Positions 12,861 through 26,200 are shown, numbered from the stretch's first letter. The stretch: 64,000 bases of DNA from Azolla caroliniana (GCA_043228905.1 JBHGNT010000002.1:12710001-12774000), one strand, 5' to 3'. Numbers and translations are program-made. The notes: generated by a model not told the origin, from the sequence alone.

Positions 12861-14060
12861 GAAAATCCATTTCAGTCCAATGACTTGTCAATGTTGAGGA
12901 AGTGGAACCAGCTCCCATGTATGATTCCGATCAATGGAATCAAGTTCAACTTCTATTGCTGCTTTCCAGTTTGGAAGAACAAGGGCCTCTTTTTCTGTTG
13001 TATGTTCTTTTGATTGCACAACAATGCACAATAAGGCAAAATTGCATGACTGAAGAGGCTGTTGTGACTTACGTGTTCTTTTCATGTTGGTTGGAGAACC
13101 AAATGTATACTCATGAAGTTCAGAATCCGAGAGATGAGAATCACGAATGGTGGCTTGAAGCCACTATGTGGTGGAAGCTGGTGTGTAGAGGGAGGGGAAA
13201 CGAGTGGAGTGGAGGGAGAGGTTTGAATTGTTGGCGAAGTTAGAGATTGAGTAGGAGGAGATGGGGGGCTTGAAGGTGAGACATCTTCATCTAAAATAGG
13301 AGATTCTGGAGGAGCTAGGATTTCAACCGTGAACTCAGGTGAAATCCTAGACTCATCCTGCTAAGATTCCACAAAATGAACATCCCAAGAGATGACTAGG
13401 AACTTTGATTCTAAATACCATAATCTGTAGGCTTTGGATTGTGTGCTGTAACCAAGAAATTTGCATTTCTTGGTTTTGGACTCCAATTTAGTCCTTTTAT
13501 GATCTGAAATGTGAACATAAGGATCACAACCAAAGACTTTAAAATGAGATACTAAGGGCTTAACACCCGTAAATGCTTCTGCAGGGGTCATTGCATCAAC
13601 TACTTTTGTTGGGCAGCAGTTGATGACATAGGTTGTTGTGTTGACAGCTTCACCCCAGAACGAGAGAGGAAGATTAGATTGAGATAGCATTGTATGAGCC
13701 ACCTCTTCGATTGTCCAGTTCTTCCTTTCCACAACTCCATTTGTTGAGGAGTATTGGGTGTAGAAAATTGGCGAGCAATGCCTTGTTGAGAGCAGAAACA
13801 ATGGAATGCTTGGCAGATAAACTCTCCACCATTGTCAAACCTGATCTTTCGAACTTTCTTTGATGTCTCATTCTCAACAAGAGCCACCCATTCTTGAAAT
13901 TTGGTGAAGGCTTGAGATTTCTCTACAAGAAAATAAACCTAAACCTTACCGGAGAAATCATCAATTATAAGCATGAAGTAGCGTGCACCACCAAGAGTAG
14001 TGGTTTTCATGGGACCACAAAGATCCATGTGCACTAACTCCAAGATAGATGTTACACGGT
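12839..14060 (-). mobile_element. Ty1/copia integrase fragment, same family as 4790-7080, inverted
   Basis: IRFDNGGEFICQAF and FWGEAVNT..KCKFLGYS; diverged reverse-complement match to 4790-5785. Confidence 0.85.
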
Positions 14061-17000
14061 GAATTAGAATTAGAATTAGAATTAGAATTTTTATCATCCA
14101 TAAAGAGGCCAATTTTGACCTATGGGACCAGAGTATACATGTGTTCTTGATATATGTCTCCTTCCTAAGAAGGGGTATTCATACGTTGAAGCACAAAGTC
14201 TCTATGTGTTAATAAAGCATACATATATGAGCTCAACCTTCTAGGTGGTGTCTTAAGTATGGCACTTAAGTTATCACTCCCTCTTACTATGTCGGCATAT
14301 CTTGAACAAATTGCACTATATGTCGAGCATGTGAAGAGCAAGTGGCATTCATCCTCTATCATGCCTTCATTGCATACTTTACATGTCTTCAAATTCGTTA
14401 CATTTTGATACCATGATGCAACTTCAATACCTAACTTGTGAGATCGAGTGCGAAGTAGTGTAAGGGCTCTACGAGCATTACTACTCATATTGGTAATGAG
14501 ATAAGGTTGGATGCGATCATAGACATTCTTGCTTTATATTGAGACCAACATTCAAAGTTGACATTTGCAATGTAGTATTCTAGCTTTGTCCTCTAAGCAT
14601 CCTCCCACTTCATCCTTAATGATTCCACCAACCTTTCCTCAATCATTACATACTGCATAGCATTGCCCGAAAGCTCTAAAAGATCATCCACACCCCATCT
14701 TCTAAACCATTTCCTTATGTCAACAACCCAACCAGATGAGAGAATCTTACTTTTATGATTCTTTTGTAGCTTACATCCAACATTCCAAGCAAGATGTGGT
14801 AATCGATGATTCGCTCTTGACTTTTGTAATGTATTTATATACTCTTTGGAGTGCCAATAGTTCTATGGGTCGAACACCTGTTTCCAAGAGCATAATCTGG
14901 TAAGAGGTAGTGCATTTAACTCCTAATTGCCTCCTTAAAAACATCTTTTGAATTTTCCCAATTTCGTTCCATGCATTAAGAGAGATGGTGCCACCCCATA
15001 CTTCTACTCCATAAAGCAATACTTGAGTTACCATGGCATTGAACAACATTAGTTTTACTTCCCATCCACAAGTATCACTTTGGTTGCATTGGTTCTCCAA
15101 AAGGTAATATGATTTCCAACCGGCTTGGAGTCTAGAATCAAAGCATGCACTCCATTTATTTGTGGCGAGTACATCAATACCAAGATATTTAAAACTTTGA
15201 ACAAATTGTATATGTTCACCTTTATATGTGAGCATAGGGTAATGATGAGGTTGGATGGTTTGCACTACCATCATTTTTGTTTTCTCCACATTCACTGCTA
15301 GTCCACTACTATGGCAAAATTCTTCTAATACCCCAAGTAAATGTTGCATACTATCAACATCATATGAGAAGAGTACCACATCATTTGCATATAGAAGCAA
15401 TAAGATAACATGTTGCATCAAATTGGGGCCATTCAATCCTTCTTCGCTTGCAACCTTATTCACCACTTCTTCTAATTGATCAATACATAAGCCAAAGAGT
15501 GTGGGTGATAGTGGACATCCTTGCTTGACCCCCATGTTACTTAAGAAGTGCTTTGAGAATCCACTATCCATTTTTAGTTGGCATTTAACTTGTTCATATA
15601 GGCGTGCAACCGCAACTCGATACGTTAATGGCATGTCAATGTCTACCATTCTATTCCAAAGCTCACTTCGTGGTACGGTATCAAAAGCTTTCTTGAAATC
15701 AACAAAACAACAATAAAGTGTTTTTCCTTGTAGTTGACTCTCTTCCATGATTACTCTTAATGTGACCAAATGATCCACGGTGGAGTGTTTTGGTCTAAAT
15801 CCGGCTTGCCCAAGTGCTCTTTTGCTTGTACTCTCAGCCCATGTGCTTATCTTTTGCTCCATAATAGTGCTATATAATTTAGCAATAGTTGAGTGCACCA
15901 TTATTGTACGATAATTTGATACTTGATTCCTATCGCCGGCTTTAAATATTGGTTTAATCCAATTCATAAGCCAATCATTTGGAAATCCTTGTTTTATAGC
16001 TTGCTCTAAAATTGTCATTATCCAATGACGAGTGTGTGGCATTGTCCATTTTAAAAGCTCACTTGAGACGTAGGTTGAATCTGTTGCTTTCCCACTTGCC
16101 ATCTTCTTTATTCCCTTATTGACATCATCAATATCGATACATGTAGTGCATGGAGTTTCAATTTTCTCAACCATAGGAGCCACACCTTCATGCATATATA
16201 ACCTTTGTACATAGTCTAGCATCTCTTCATTTGTAAAGTGACCTTTCACATCTTCTTTCTTACCCTTGAGTTGTCCCCATGCTAATTTTGGTTTGAGCTT
16301 AAACAAGTTTTTCTTTTTCATCTCTTGCATTTGGAAATATCTTCTTTTCTTTCTCCTCACTACTTTCTTGTATATGTGCCATGCAACAATCTTTTCATTC
16401 CCCCCTTCTATGGACTTAAACCATTTGAGATACATCTTACATTCATCGTCGAACCAAGAATTACATGGAAAACTACACACCTTATGCCCACGCACATGTC
16501 TCTTAAAGCATTGATATCCAACCTTAAGGATTATATCCTTCAAATGTTTCCAATTTTCTTTAACATCGTTGCTTAGAGAAAAATTTAACAAATGGTTCTC
16601 CACTTCCTTTACATACATCTTAGCTTTTTCGTAGCTCTTTTCGTCTTTCACTCCACGGCATCTAGTGGAATGTGGAATTGCAAGCTCTAAGTACAATGGC
16701 TTGTGGTCTGAATCCGGAGATAGAGAACCAACTTTAAACACATTCACCAATGATAGATCACATGCCAACATTAATGCATAATCAACCACACTTCCTCCAC
16801 CCGAGGATGGTAAACATGTGAGCACATTTGTCAATGGGAATGCCTTTATACCATTTAGGATAATCAAGTTTGTGCAATTTAGCATATGTATCAAAAGTTT
16901 TCCATAATCCGACATGACACAATCCTCTGAGTCACGCACTAGACAATGTTCTACTACATTTTCTTCAAATGTCTCCACATTTTGGAAATTTCCAACTCTT

Positions 17001-17425
17001 GCATTGAAGTCTCCCATAATTAAAACTTTACCAAGCTTCTCAAATGAAAGTATATCATGGCATAATTCTGTAAAAGGATCATCACAATCTAACCCAAACC
17101 TACTATAGTAGTTTGAGTCTTTGTGAGGAATGTAACATGCAACTATATACAACTTCTCTTTCCCCAAATTAACCTCTATCCATATGTATCTCTCTTATAG
17201 TCATCATATTTGCATACTTTGATAGAATTATCTAAGCTCTCATGGTAGATACATGCTATCCCGGCACGCCCAATATTCCCTTTGGAGTGAGGCCATATCG
17301 ATTTTATGAGGTAACCGTCTATTTTGGGTATACGTTTTGCCTCATGCTCCCATGTTTCAGCCAAAAATATAATATCCATACCTTGAGCTACATCATTGAG
17401 TCCTAAACCCTTATTCCATGGATAT
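14061..17425 (-). mobile_element. LINE family B, near-complete ORF2 (APE-RT-C-terminal CCHC-like) with (TAATTC)n tail
   Basis: 798-aa ORF with MGDFNAR, SDHKPL, QAGFRP, VDFKKAFDTV, GVKQGCPLSPTLF and LYANDV; LRTRSHKLGIE..CKVC..DECHLLFTC; gaatta repeats at 14061-14088. Confidence 0.92.
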
Positions 17426-18375
17426 CCCCTTTTGGGTTCCAACATGTCAAAGCATCTGATCCAAGCCATTGTGACAAGCCATTATATAACGCAAATCCAT
17501 GCGCACTTCCCAAGGCTAGAAAGTGTTTTCCATATTCAGTTATAGCACTCATATCTTGAGCTTCTCGCTATAGACCAACCTCTTCTGCCATAACTTCTCC
17601 ATAAACAGCCTCGTTGGAGTTAAACATGGTTGTTTGTTCATCCTTGGTTCGTGCATTAAAATCTCCTAATAGTATAATGTCCCCCATAGTAGCAAATCTT
17701 ATGATATCATCATATAGAGGTAGATATGGTGATTCACCTAGAGGTGCAAACCTTGAGTAAGCAGGTGGAAAGTAGCAAATTGCAATATATAACTCCCTAA
17801 GATCCCCTCTTTTTATTTGTATCCACATGTAGCGTGCATCTACATCCCTATGGACAACATGCACTCTCTCATGGAACTCCTTTTTGTATAGCACAGCCAC
17901 TCCTCCCGAACCTCTAGTGCTTCCTCGTGTCTGAGGTTGGGGCAACATATTGACTCCCATCTATATCCTTGTACCTCGGGGAGTTTGCTAGCCATGCATT
18001 GGTGAGTTTCTGTATACATAGCAATATCTGTGTTTTTTAATGTATCTTCAAAATATCCGACATCTGTTCGTAGAGAGCCGTTGCAATTCCATATGGTCAT
18101 GCGTAGGGTCTCATAGGCCATATATCGTCATGCGGTTCTCTTCTCTGTAATAATGACCTTGCCATCTCTATATACCGCCCATTCCTTCCTTTCTTGCACC
18201 AAGCACTCGTGGCATGTTTTCTTTGCGGTGTGCCACTTGGGCTGGAGTGAGATCATCATCTAAGTATATTTTTTCACCCTTGAGTGCCTTTCTTTTAGAC
18301 AAGAAAGCCTTTTTCTTGTCAATATCCATGAAACGGATGATAAGGGCTTTAGCTCTAGACTCATCTCTTCCCACC
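17426..18375 (-). mobile_element. LINE family A, 5' part (ORF1 C-terminus and APE N-terminus)
   Basis: IIRFMDIDKKK..IYLDDDLTPAQ, MTIWNCNG..TETH and LLGDFNART; 17426-17662 is identical to 4552-4788. Confidence 0.85.
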
Positions 18376-19262
18376 CTCCACGCCGAAGCAAAAGGAAGGA
18401 GACGAAGTATCGACTCCCGCCAAGACTAACGTTCTGTGTTGGTCCCCATACATCCAAATGTATTAGATCGAGCTTGTTATGGCTCCGGTTTCGTTCAGTG
18501 GGGAATGGAAGCCAGTGTTGCTTCCCGAGTTGGCAGGCTTCACAAATTTCGGCTTTCCGGCCGCTAAATTTCGACAAACCAAAAACAACTTGTTTCGATT
18601 GCAGGTCCTAAAGCCTCCGGTGGTTGACGTGGCCGATCCGCTTGTGCCACAGGTCGATGTTTGACTCGACCTTCTGCCCTTTCGCAAACATAGCAGTGCC
18701 GACATCATTAATGTTGAGGATGAACACCCTCCCGTCTCTGCGTCCTTGCGCAATTATCCGGCCCTCTTCCTCAATGAAGCACCCAAGGTGCGTAAACCGC
18801 ACCTGCATCCCCTAGTCGACGATTTGTCCAACCGACACCAGGTTCTTTGTGATAGTCGAAACGTGTAGTACGCTCATCAGCTTCCCCTTTTGTCCGACAT
18901 GGCTTAAAGGGACTTCTCCGACATGCACAATCGGGTGAGGGGTATTGTCTCCGGTTTCGACAATCCCCGGTTGTTTCGGTTTCTCCAAAAAAGAGAACCA
19001 CTCTCCATGGCTCGTCATGTGGTTGGACGCTCCGGAATCAACGTACCATACTTCCTCTAATCCGGAAGTAGTCTTCTTCATCGAGTTAGCATGTGCTTCA
19101 TCACGAAGGTTGGCCCTTTACCGGCCTTCCCGGTTTTGAATCCTTCCGCATAGTGCGAGCTTTGCCGGTTTTCTCGACCGGTTTTGTTGGATCCGGATTT
19201 GTCCGAATCGGCGCGCTTCTTCCAGCACTCGCTTTCCCTGTGGCCCTTTTTGCCACAGTACC
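18376..19262 (-). mobile_element. Ty1/copia fragment (zinc knuckle, protease, GAG-pre-integrase)
   Basis: WYCGKKGHRESEC, WYVDSGASNHMT and LWHKRIGHVN..CEACQLGKQ. Confidence 0.85.
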
Positions 19263-19610
19263 AACTAACCCAAGAGCATAGAGAAAGAGAAATGATCCAA
19301 TGGGCATTAGCTGGTGACATAGAGAATGAGGCGGAGTTGAACAAGATCGGCTGAATGCGGGAAACAAGAAACAGCCGACTCACCATTCAAATACGGCACT
19401 AATTGAAGTGCATCAGGAACTGGCAAAAGCAATGCGAGCGGCTAAAGACATGGCTCAAGTCTGCAAAAGGACAAGGAAAGGAGCCGAGCAAATCGCCAAA
19501 GAGTGGACAGAAGCCACTCACAATAATAAATTGTTAAAAGAACAATTGCAGCTGTCCGGACAAAAGTTACAACAGGCAGAGGAAAAATTACAAGGAGCCG
19601 ACCAAGCCAT
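19263..19610 (+). pseudogene. Another fragment of the gypsy accessory coiled-coil ORF
   Basis: QEHREREMIQ..EVHQELAKAMRAAKDMA matches QEHRDQIMIQ..EVHKEYEKASRAAKDMA at 63260-63470. Confidence 0.7.
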
Positions 19611-19904
19611 TGTGCCATTGAGGCCATTATGCAGAAGCAAAGTTTGTGTGTGAGAGTGGGTGTCTGAGCAAGAGAAGGAATCAGCGAGAATAACCAGAAA
19701 TTAAGAAATTACGCAAATAGGGGGATGACAGCTTATGCACTGAACAAAAAACTATATTAATTAACTAAAGATCATCAACTAAACACAATGGGCCAAGGGG
19801 GTTTTATATATAAGTCCTCAAGGGACTGACACATTAAATGTGTTGGTGGAATCTAATGAAGATATCCACACGAGTACGATTCTGTCATAAGAATATCTGA
19901 TATT

Positions 19905-20150
19905 CTTTGACCACATTCTTGGTATGCGAATAAAACGGGATAGGCTGCAGTATATTTTGCATTTACCCCAAGAAAAGTACATAGGAAAAGAGCTAGACAG
20001 ATTTAATGTGGCTGATGCCAAGCCTCTTGGAGTTCCATTGCAGCCACATGTTAGGCTTTCCAAGGATGATTGTCCCAAAGATGATGATGCAGCCAATCAC
20101 AAGAAGAATGTTCCATATGCATCAGCATTGCATCTCTATCAATACACGTG
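19905..20150 (+). mobile_element. Ty1/copia RT fragment
   Basis: ILGMRIKRDR..QEKYIGKELDRFNVADAKP..VPYASA. Confidence 0.75.
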
Positions 20151-20190
20151 TCTCTTGTGTTTATCAAATGCTTTGCGGAGCAGATTGCAA

Positions 20191-20307
20191 AGAAAGAAAG
20201 AAAGGAAGATATACTAACATCTTTTAAGAGGCCAAAATAGACTATAAGACCAAACAAGAGATTACATCGTAAGTGTTGTCTCATCTTTGAGAACAAGAAA
20301 TCAAAAT
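20191..20307 (-). mobile_element. LINE family A, short 3' end
   Basis: Copy of 187-295 with an (aaag)n tail. Confidence 0.8.
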
Positions 20308-20329
20308 CATTAGCATCTATTAGGAATGC

Positions 20330-20416
20330 AGCGTTGAGTTCTTGACAAATTATCTTAAACCACCTCATGTCCAAGATGAAGATCGAGAATGAGAATTGAT
20401 CAATTTCAACATTAGC
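20330..20416. repeat. Right arm of the inverted repeat (partner 11750-11835)
   Basis: Reverse-complement match to 11750-11835. Confidence 0.75.
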
Positions 20417-21071
20417 GTCCACAAAACCAAAATGACATCACTTTCATGCAAACAAATGGAAAACTTTTCTGTGAAAAATGCTAGAAAAACATAATTGCAA
20501 AAAACTAAACTCAATAAAAAGAAAATATGTTCAGTGTTATCAAACTAAGTCATTAATTTATTTTTAAGTAGAGGTGTTATATGAAACTGAAGATTTACTG
20601 TTTCTAAAAGAGACAAGTTTTTCAATCGAATCTAGAAGAAGCATCTAAACTCCTTCCGTTCCTGCATTGAAAGACTTACTTAACTTATGAGCCAAGGCTA
20701 TATTATGACAGTATATTGTGGAAAAAGGCAGCCGGTTTTTGTTAAAATTTCATACAATAATGGGTACGAAAGGTTCACCATGTTTTCTGCATGCTAGAGC
20801 ATGTGTTTATCTTCATGTTTAATCTCATGAAGATGCTTAATCTATGATGAGAGTACAGGTAGTAAAAACTATAACTATGTATTATATACCTACTTGATAT
20901 TAATAGAATTCTGTTTTCTAAGGTCTTTCTATTGAGTTCTCACATTGACTCATTATTATCTGCTACGCATCATTTTCTTCTGCCCTCACAAACAATTATA
21001 GAAAAAGGAACATAGATATATATTGTGTCTTTTGAACAAGTTCCTGAACTAAGGAAACACAAAATCATCAC

Positions 21072-21332
21072 CTTTATGCGTTCATATTCACTCACAGCCG
21101 TGATCCGAGAAGCTTCAGTAGTTGCCAATGCCTCTTTAAGTTCTTCCATTTTGGTGTTCTTTGTTTTATCACCTCCAAAGACCTTTGAAGATGCAATTTT
21201 AAGTTTTTCTATTCTTGAATTTAAGGTTGAAATCTCTGTGATCAATGTTTGGACAGTAAGCGATGCAGCTGAACGGTCATTGAAGGCTGAATGTATGGAG
21301 TGCATCAAACTTAGATACTCATGCAGTTGATC
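21072..21332 (-). CDS. SNX2: Sorting nexin 2-like, exon 3 (BAR)
   Basis: AG/GT bounded, 261 bp, DQLHEYLSLMHSIHSAFNDRS..SSKVFGGDK..EYERIK. Confidence 0.9.
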
Positions 21333-22210
21333 CTAAAATATCAAGGAAAAAATCAGAAACCACTTGATTAATAGAGGATGTGCTAATTTCTTTGCTGAAA
21401 AAACTTTTCCACTAAATGAAAAGATAAAAAAAAACTTTCCCCTTGCGTGTTTCTTTTTTCCCCAAATGCCCTTGGCCAACCCACTTCAAGAAATTATATC
21501 TGCTACTTGAGCAAATGTAAGGTCAATTCATCCCTTTTTATTATGTTTCAGGTTGCCACGATCATCTCTCCTTTCTCCAAAATCGATAAATACTGCCCCC
21601 GTAACCCATGAGTCATGGTACGAAAAGGTCTGACATACAATCCATCAATCGGTTTAATTTTTTTATTTCCATTGGGGACACTCCGAAGAATAATGCTCAA
21701 TCAGCAAGATACCAACTATTAACCACCATTATGTTCTATTTGAACTGATTTACACACTAATTCTAATCACTCTAGTGAGAGCTATTTCCATTGCCGGTAA
21801 AGATGAGTTAGCCACAAAAAGAAATATTGTTCTGCCATCATCCCAGGATAAACCATCTTGATCAATAATGGTGACTTTGGCAGTCAAAAAAGAAATGATA
21901 AAGAAACAGTTTTATATATAGGACAAAAAAGGAATCCATTGTCACTATTCTTAGAACAAGGGAATTGATGATGAATCAAAACATAGTTGGTGCATTGATA
22001 TGTCTTGATTCAATGTTTAATGCGATTAATATTTGCATGGTTGACCCAGGTATTGGAGAAACAACAAAAAAACTAAGGGTGTTCTGGAAGTTTTTCCGAA
22101 GATATTATCCAGAAAGCAAGAATTCTCCGACCACAGCATAAATATTGGGGATCATTTCTAGAAATGAAAAATCTAAATTATGCAGTTCTTTCACACTGAA
22201 AGGTAGATAC

Positions 22211-22420
22211 CAGGTGCTTCATTGATTGAGCATTTGCATCCCGGTAAAGTCGGCTTGCTTTCACAGATGCCGTTCCCAGCCATTTTGTATCTTCTATGTG
22301 AGTTCTCTGAGCATTTAGCAATGATTTCTCAGCCTCAAACTTTGCAAGTTTTATGAAGGCTAAACCAAGTTCTCCCATATTTTCACCTACTTCTTGATAT
22401 GCCCTAATAAGGGCTTCTGC
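22211..22420 (-). CDS. SNX2: Sorting nexin 2-like, exon 2 (BAR)
   Basis: AG/GT bounded, 210 bp, AEALIRAYQEVGENMGELGLAFIKLAKFE..KASRLYRDANAQSMKHL. Confidence 0.9.
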
Positions 22421-22531
22421 CTACATTTAGAAAAAAATATATGAATAAAAAGGAAGTTCAGCAAATAGAGGAATTGCATGAGAAATCACATACTTAGGAA
22501 GTTCTTGGCCAACATGGTTATTTTTGCTTAC

Positions 22532-23524
22532 TTGTTTCGAAGCATCACCCAAACGATGCTCCAGAACCTCCAATTTTTCTTTCTTCTCCAGAAATTCCTT
22601 CTCTTCTTCATTAACTGGAGGTTTGACTCCGCTCCATTCATTAGTCACAGACTGTTTCAACTCCTTAAATATGCGAACAATATCTCTTCCGTCTTTTCCA
22701 GGTTTAACATTTTGAGGCGCCATTACACTACTTGTCTCCCCATTGATCAATCTTGAAACCTTACCTGTTGTAGGAATAAAAGGTAATTTTCCATTTGATT
22801 GCAGAAAATATTTCAATTCCTTACTCAATCTGATCACATGATGGTTAGCTAGCCTATGCAAATACTTCTCGATTGCGGCTCTCCTATGTTCAATAAACTC
22901 TTGCTTCTGCATAACTTGACTCTCTACTATGCTTTTATCTGGCCGAAAAGGAACAAAATAGCCCCTATAACTTTCTCCGAGCCTATCTGCTAAGGCTACA
23001 ACATCACGAAATCTTCTTCGAACTGTAAATTCATGGTGACCATAATGTGGTATGTTGGTATGAGTTACTATGAGGTACGTGACATAGGTGTTGCTTCCAG
23101 GTACTATCAATGAGCTTGCACTTTCTAGTGCTTTCTGTGGCTGAGAAACAGTAATGTTCAAGTATTCTGAAAAAGAAGAAGATGATGATGAAGATGACAA
23201 CGGAAGAGATGCGGTATAATCTCTTGAACCACTATTGTAAGCAATTCTCTTGCCCTCATAAGCAGACTCTGCATCTGAAAAATGAGGTTCACGAAAAGGA
23301 TCTCCTTCCATATTGATGTTATGGTTGGTGATCCTACTTAAAAACTTCATCTTGTACATGCTCTCTTCTTCATTTCTTGATTCCAAAGGATGTGCATCCG
23401 ATGCTGATAAGCTCTGAGACATGGCACTTCCATAACTAGAATCCAGAAGAATGCTTTCCATTGCATCCATTGATGTGAAAGTACTCATATTTTGTGATTT
23501 TTCATCTTCATATTCCATCATCAC
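22532..23524 (-). CDS. SNX2: Sorting nexin 2-like, coding exon 1 (PX domain and start of BAR)
   Basis: PX motifs TYVTYLI, VRRRFRDVVALADRL..YRGYFVPFRPDKSIVESQVMQKQEFIEHRR and FKELKQSVTNEW; GTAAGC donor after DASKQ. Confidence 0.92.
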
Positions 23525-24167
23525 AGTAGATTACTCAAGGAATTCACTTCAAAATCATTTCAAGACCGATTCTCTCTCAAGCCTTCAAGGAAAACCTGGA
23601 GAAGTATAGGTCTTCTTTCGATTATTTCAAGGCAATAATGGGTAAATACCAGTTTTCAATGGAAAAATATGAGTTTTCCCAAGATTTCAAGGGTGAGATC
23701 TTCATGATTTGTTTTCTACGGAGAGTTCTCAAGGGATATAAACATGCTTGCTAGTGAAATAATACAAATGTGAAAATGCGGGATGATCTATTAAGTGTTT
23801 TATCGACACAATTTTTGTGTCACTGAGAATTGAACAAGCATTCCTTTCGAAATCACATCTTCATGATTTGATATCTGTAGCAATTGCTTACAGTATATGA
23901 ACATTTGCCAGAGAAAACGACGTGATGCTGGAGATCGTAAACAAATATTTCACTGGAAACAGGAAGAATTCTGATTGTGATTGGGATTTAAGCTGATTTG
24001 TGGAAGAATATGCCAACCTGAATAAGAAGCGCCTTGAAGGTCTAGGGAAAGAAAGATCGATGAAGAGGTGGAAGAATTCTATGAATGCGAAGATTCGAAT
24101 CCTTTGAGAGAGAGGTTGAAAGACAACGCTGCTCCTGTGTGGCTGTGGCGATGGCGCGGACAAATTG

Positions 24168-24178
24168 TATTTATATAG
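24168..24178 (-). promoter_or_regulatory. Probable TATA box of SNX2
   Basis: CTATATAAATA on the minus strand, followed by a CT-rich leader and a candidate 5'UTR intron (GTAAGC at 23891 to CAG at ~23596). Confidence 0.5.
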
Positions 24179-24211
24179 AGAGCATAATAAATTCCACGTA
24201 TACCCCCTACC

Positions 24212-24214
<3 letters not shown>

Positions 24215-24252
<38 letters not shown>

Positions 24253-24272
24253 TGTGTGTGTGTGTGTGTGTG
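24215..24272. repeat. (TA)n then (TG)n microsatellite at the truncation point of a copia
   Basis: Read directly. Confidence 0.95.
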
Positions 24273-26159
24273 GAGTTGCCGAAAGGAAAGCGGGCACTCC
24301 GAAACAAGTGGGTGTACAAGTTAAAACCGGGAGATGTCGGGAACCCCCCGAGATACAAAGCCAGGATCGTGGTGAAGGGGTTCCAACAGAAGAAGGGTGT
24401 GGACTTCGACGAGATATTTGCCCCGGTAGTAAAGATGACCTTCATCCGGACGGTGCTGAGTATAGTGGCAAGCATGGACCTCGAAGTAGAGCAGCTGGAC
24501 GTGAAGACGGTATTCCTTCACGATGACCTCGAAGAGGAGATCTACATGCATCAACTGGAAGGATTCGTGGAGAAAGGGAAGGAGCACTTGCTTTGCCGGT
24601 TGAAGAAGAGCCTGTATGGACTGAAGCAAGCTCCCCGACAATGGTACCGGAAGTTCGACTCCTTCATGACCGATCAAGGGTACCACAAGACGCAGGTCGA
24701 TCACTGCGTGTTTGTGAAGAAGTTCAAAGGAGGCGATTTCCTGATACTCCTTCTGTACGTGGATGACATGTTGATGGTCGGACGAGACCAAGCCAAAATA
24801 CGAATGCTGAAGAAGGCTCTCAACCAGACCTTCTCAATGAAAGACTTGGGTCCGGCAAGACAGATGTTGGGGATGCATATCATCCGGAACCGGCCAACGA
24901 AGCAATTGTGGCTGTCACAGGAGAAGTACGTCACAAAGGTGCTTCAGTGGTTCAACATGTCAGATGCGAAACCGGTCGGATCGACACTTCTGGCAAACTA
25001 CAGATTATCCAGTAAGCAAAGCCCGAAGACGAAAGCAGAGAAGGTTGATATGATGAAGGTTCCATATGCCTCTGCCGTCGGGAGCTTAATGTACGCAATG
25101 GTGTGTACCCGACCGGATATAGGATACGCAATCGGAGTGGTGAGCCGGTTTATGAGCAATCCCGGCAAGGAGCACTAGAACGCGGTCAAATGGATACTCC
25201 GGTACTTGAAGGGCACTTCAAATATGTGTCTCCGATTCGGTTCCGGTAAACCTCAACTTGACGGTTTTATCGATTCAGACATGTCGGCTGATGTGGATAC
25301 CAACCGGTCTACATCTGGGTATGTAATGACATATGCAGGGGGAGCTGTTTCGTGGCAGTTGAGGCTGCAGAAGATGGTTACGTTGTCAACCATGGAGGCG
25401 GAGTACATGGCGGCTGTGGAAGCCAGCAAGGAAATATTATGGATGAAGGACTTCATTGGAGAGCTCGGTATCCGGCAAGATGAATACCGGCTCTATTGCG
25501 ATAGTCAAAGTGCCATCCACCTTGCTAAGAATGCGGCCTACCATTCCCGGACGAAGCATATCCAACGTAGGTATCACTGGATCCGGGAAAGAGTAGATGA
25601 CTAGGAGTTCGCGCTGACGAAGATCCACACGATCGAGAACGGGTCAGATATGCTGACCAAAGTACTGACACCTGACAAGTTGGATGCATGTCGGAAGCGG
25701 GTCGGACTACTAAGACATCCCATGCCGGAGTGAAGGGGGGAGTTTGTTAGGAAACAGGTCCCTCCGGATGGGAAGTGAGAAGACCCGGTGAGAACCGGAT
25801 GTGGAGTACCCAGCAACGGAAGACCCGGTGAGAACCAGATGAGGAGTACCCGGCAACGGAAGACCCGGTGAGAACCGGATGAGGAGTACCCGGAAATGGA
25901 AGCGGATGAGGAGTACCGGGAAACGGAAGACCCGGTGAGAACCGGATAATGAGTGCCCGGCAAGCGCTGGATGATGCAGGCCCGGTGAGGAGTGCTCACC
26001 GGATGAAGGGACATATTCGTAAATATGTTTCTGAGAGTTCATCGGGGCTATATTTGTAAATAGCCGAAAAGTCATATTAGTATAAATATGACTTAGGGCA
26101 AACTTAGTGATGTTGTTGTTGTCATTCTTGTTGGCGCAAGATTAGAGCGTGTAACAGTG

Positions 26160-26200
<41 letters not shown>

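Noticed and set aside
23888-24475. 195-aa minus-strand ORF
   Set aside because: A chimera of copia antisense, microsatellite (HTHT, IYIY) and the SNX2 leader.
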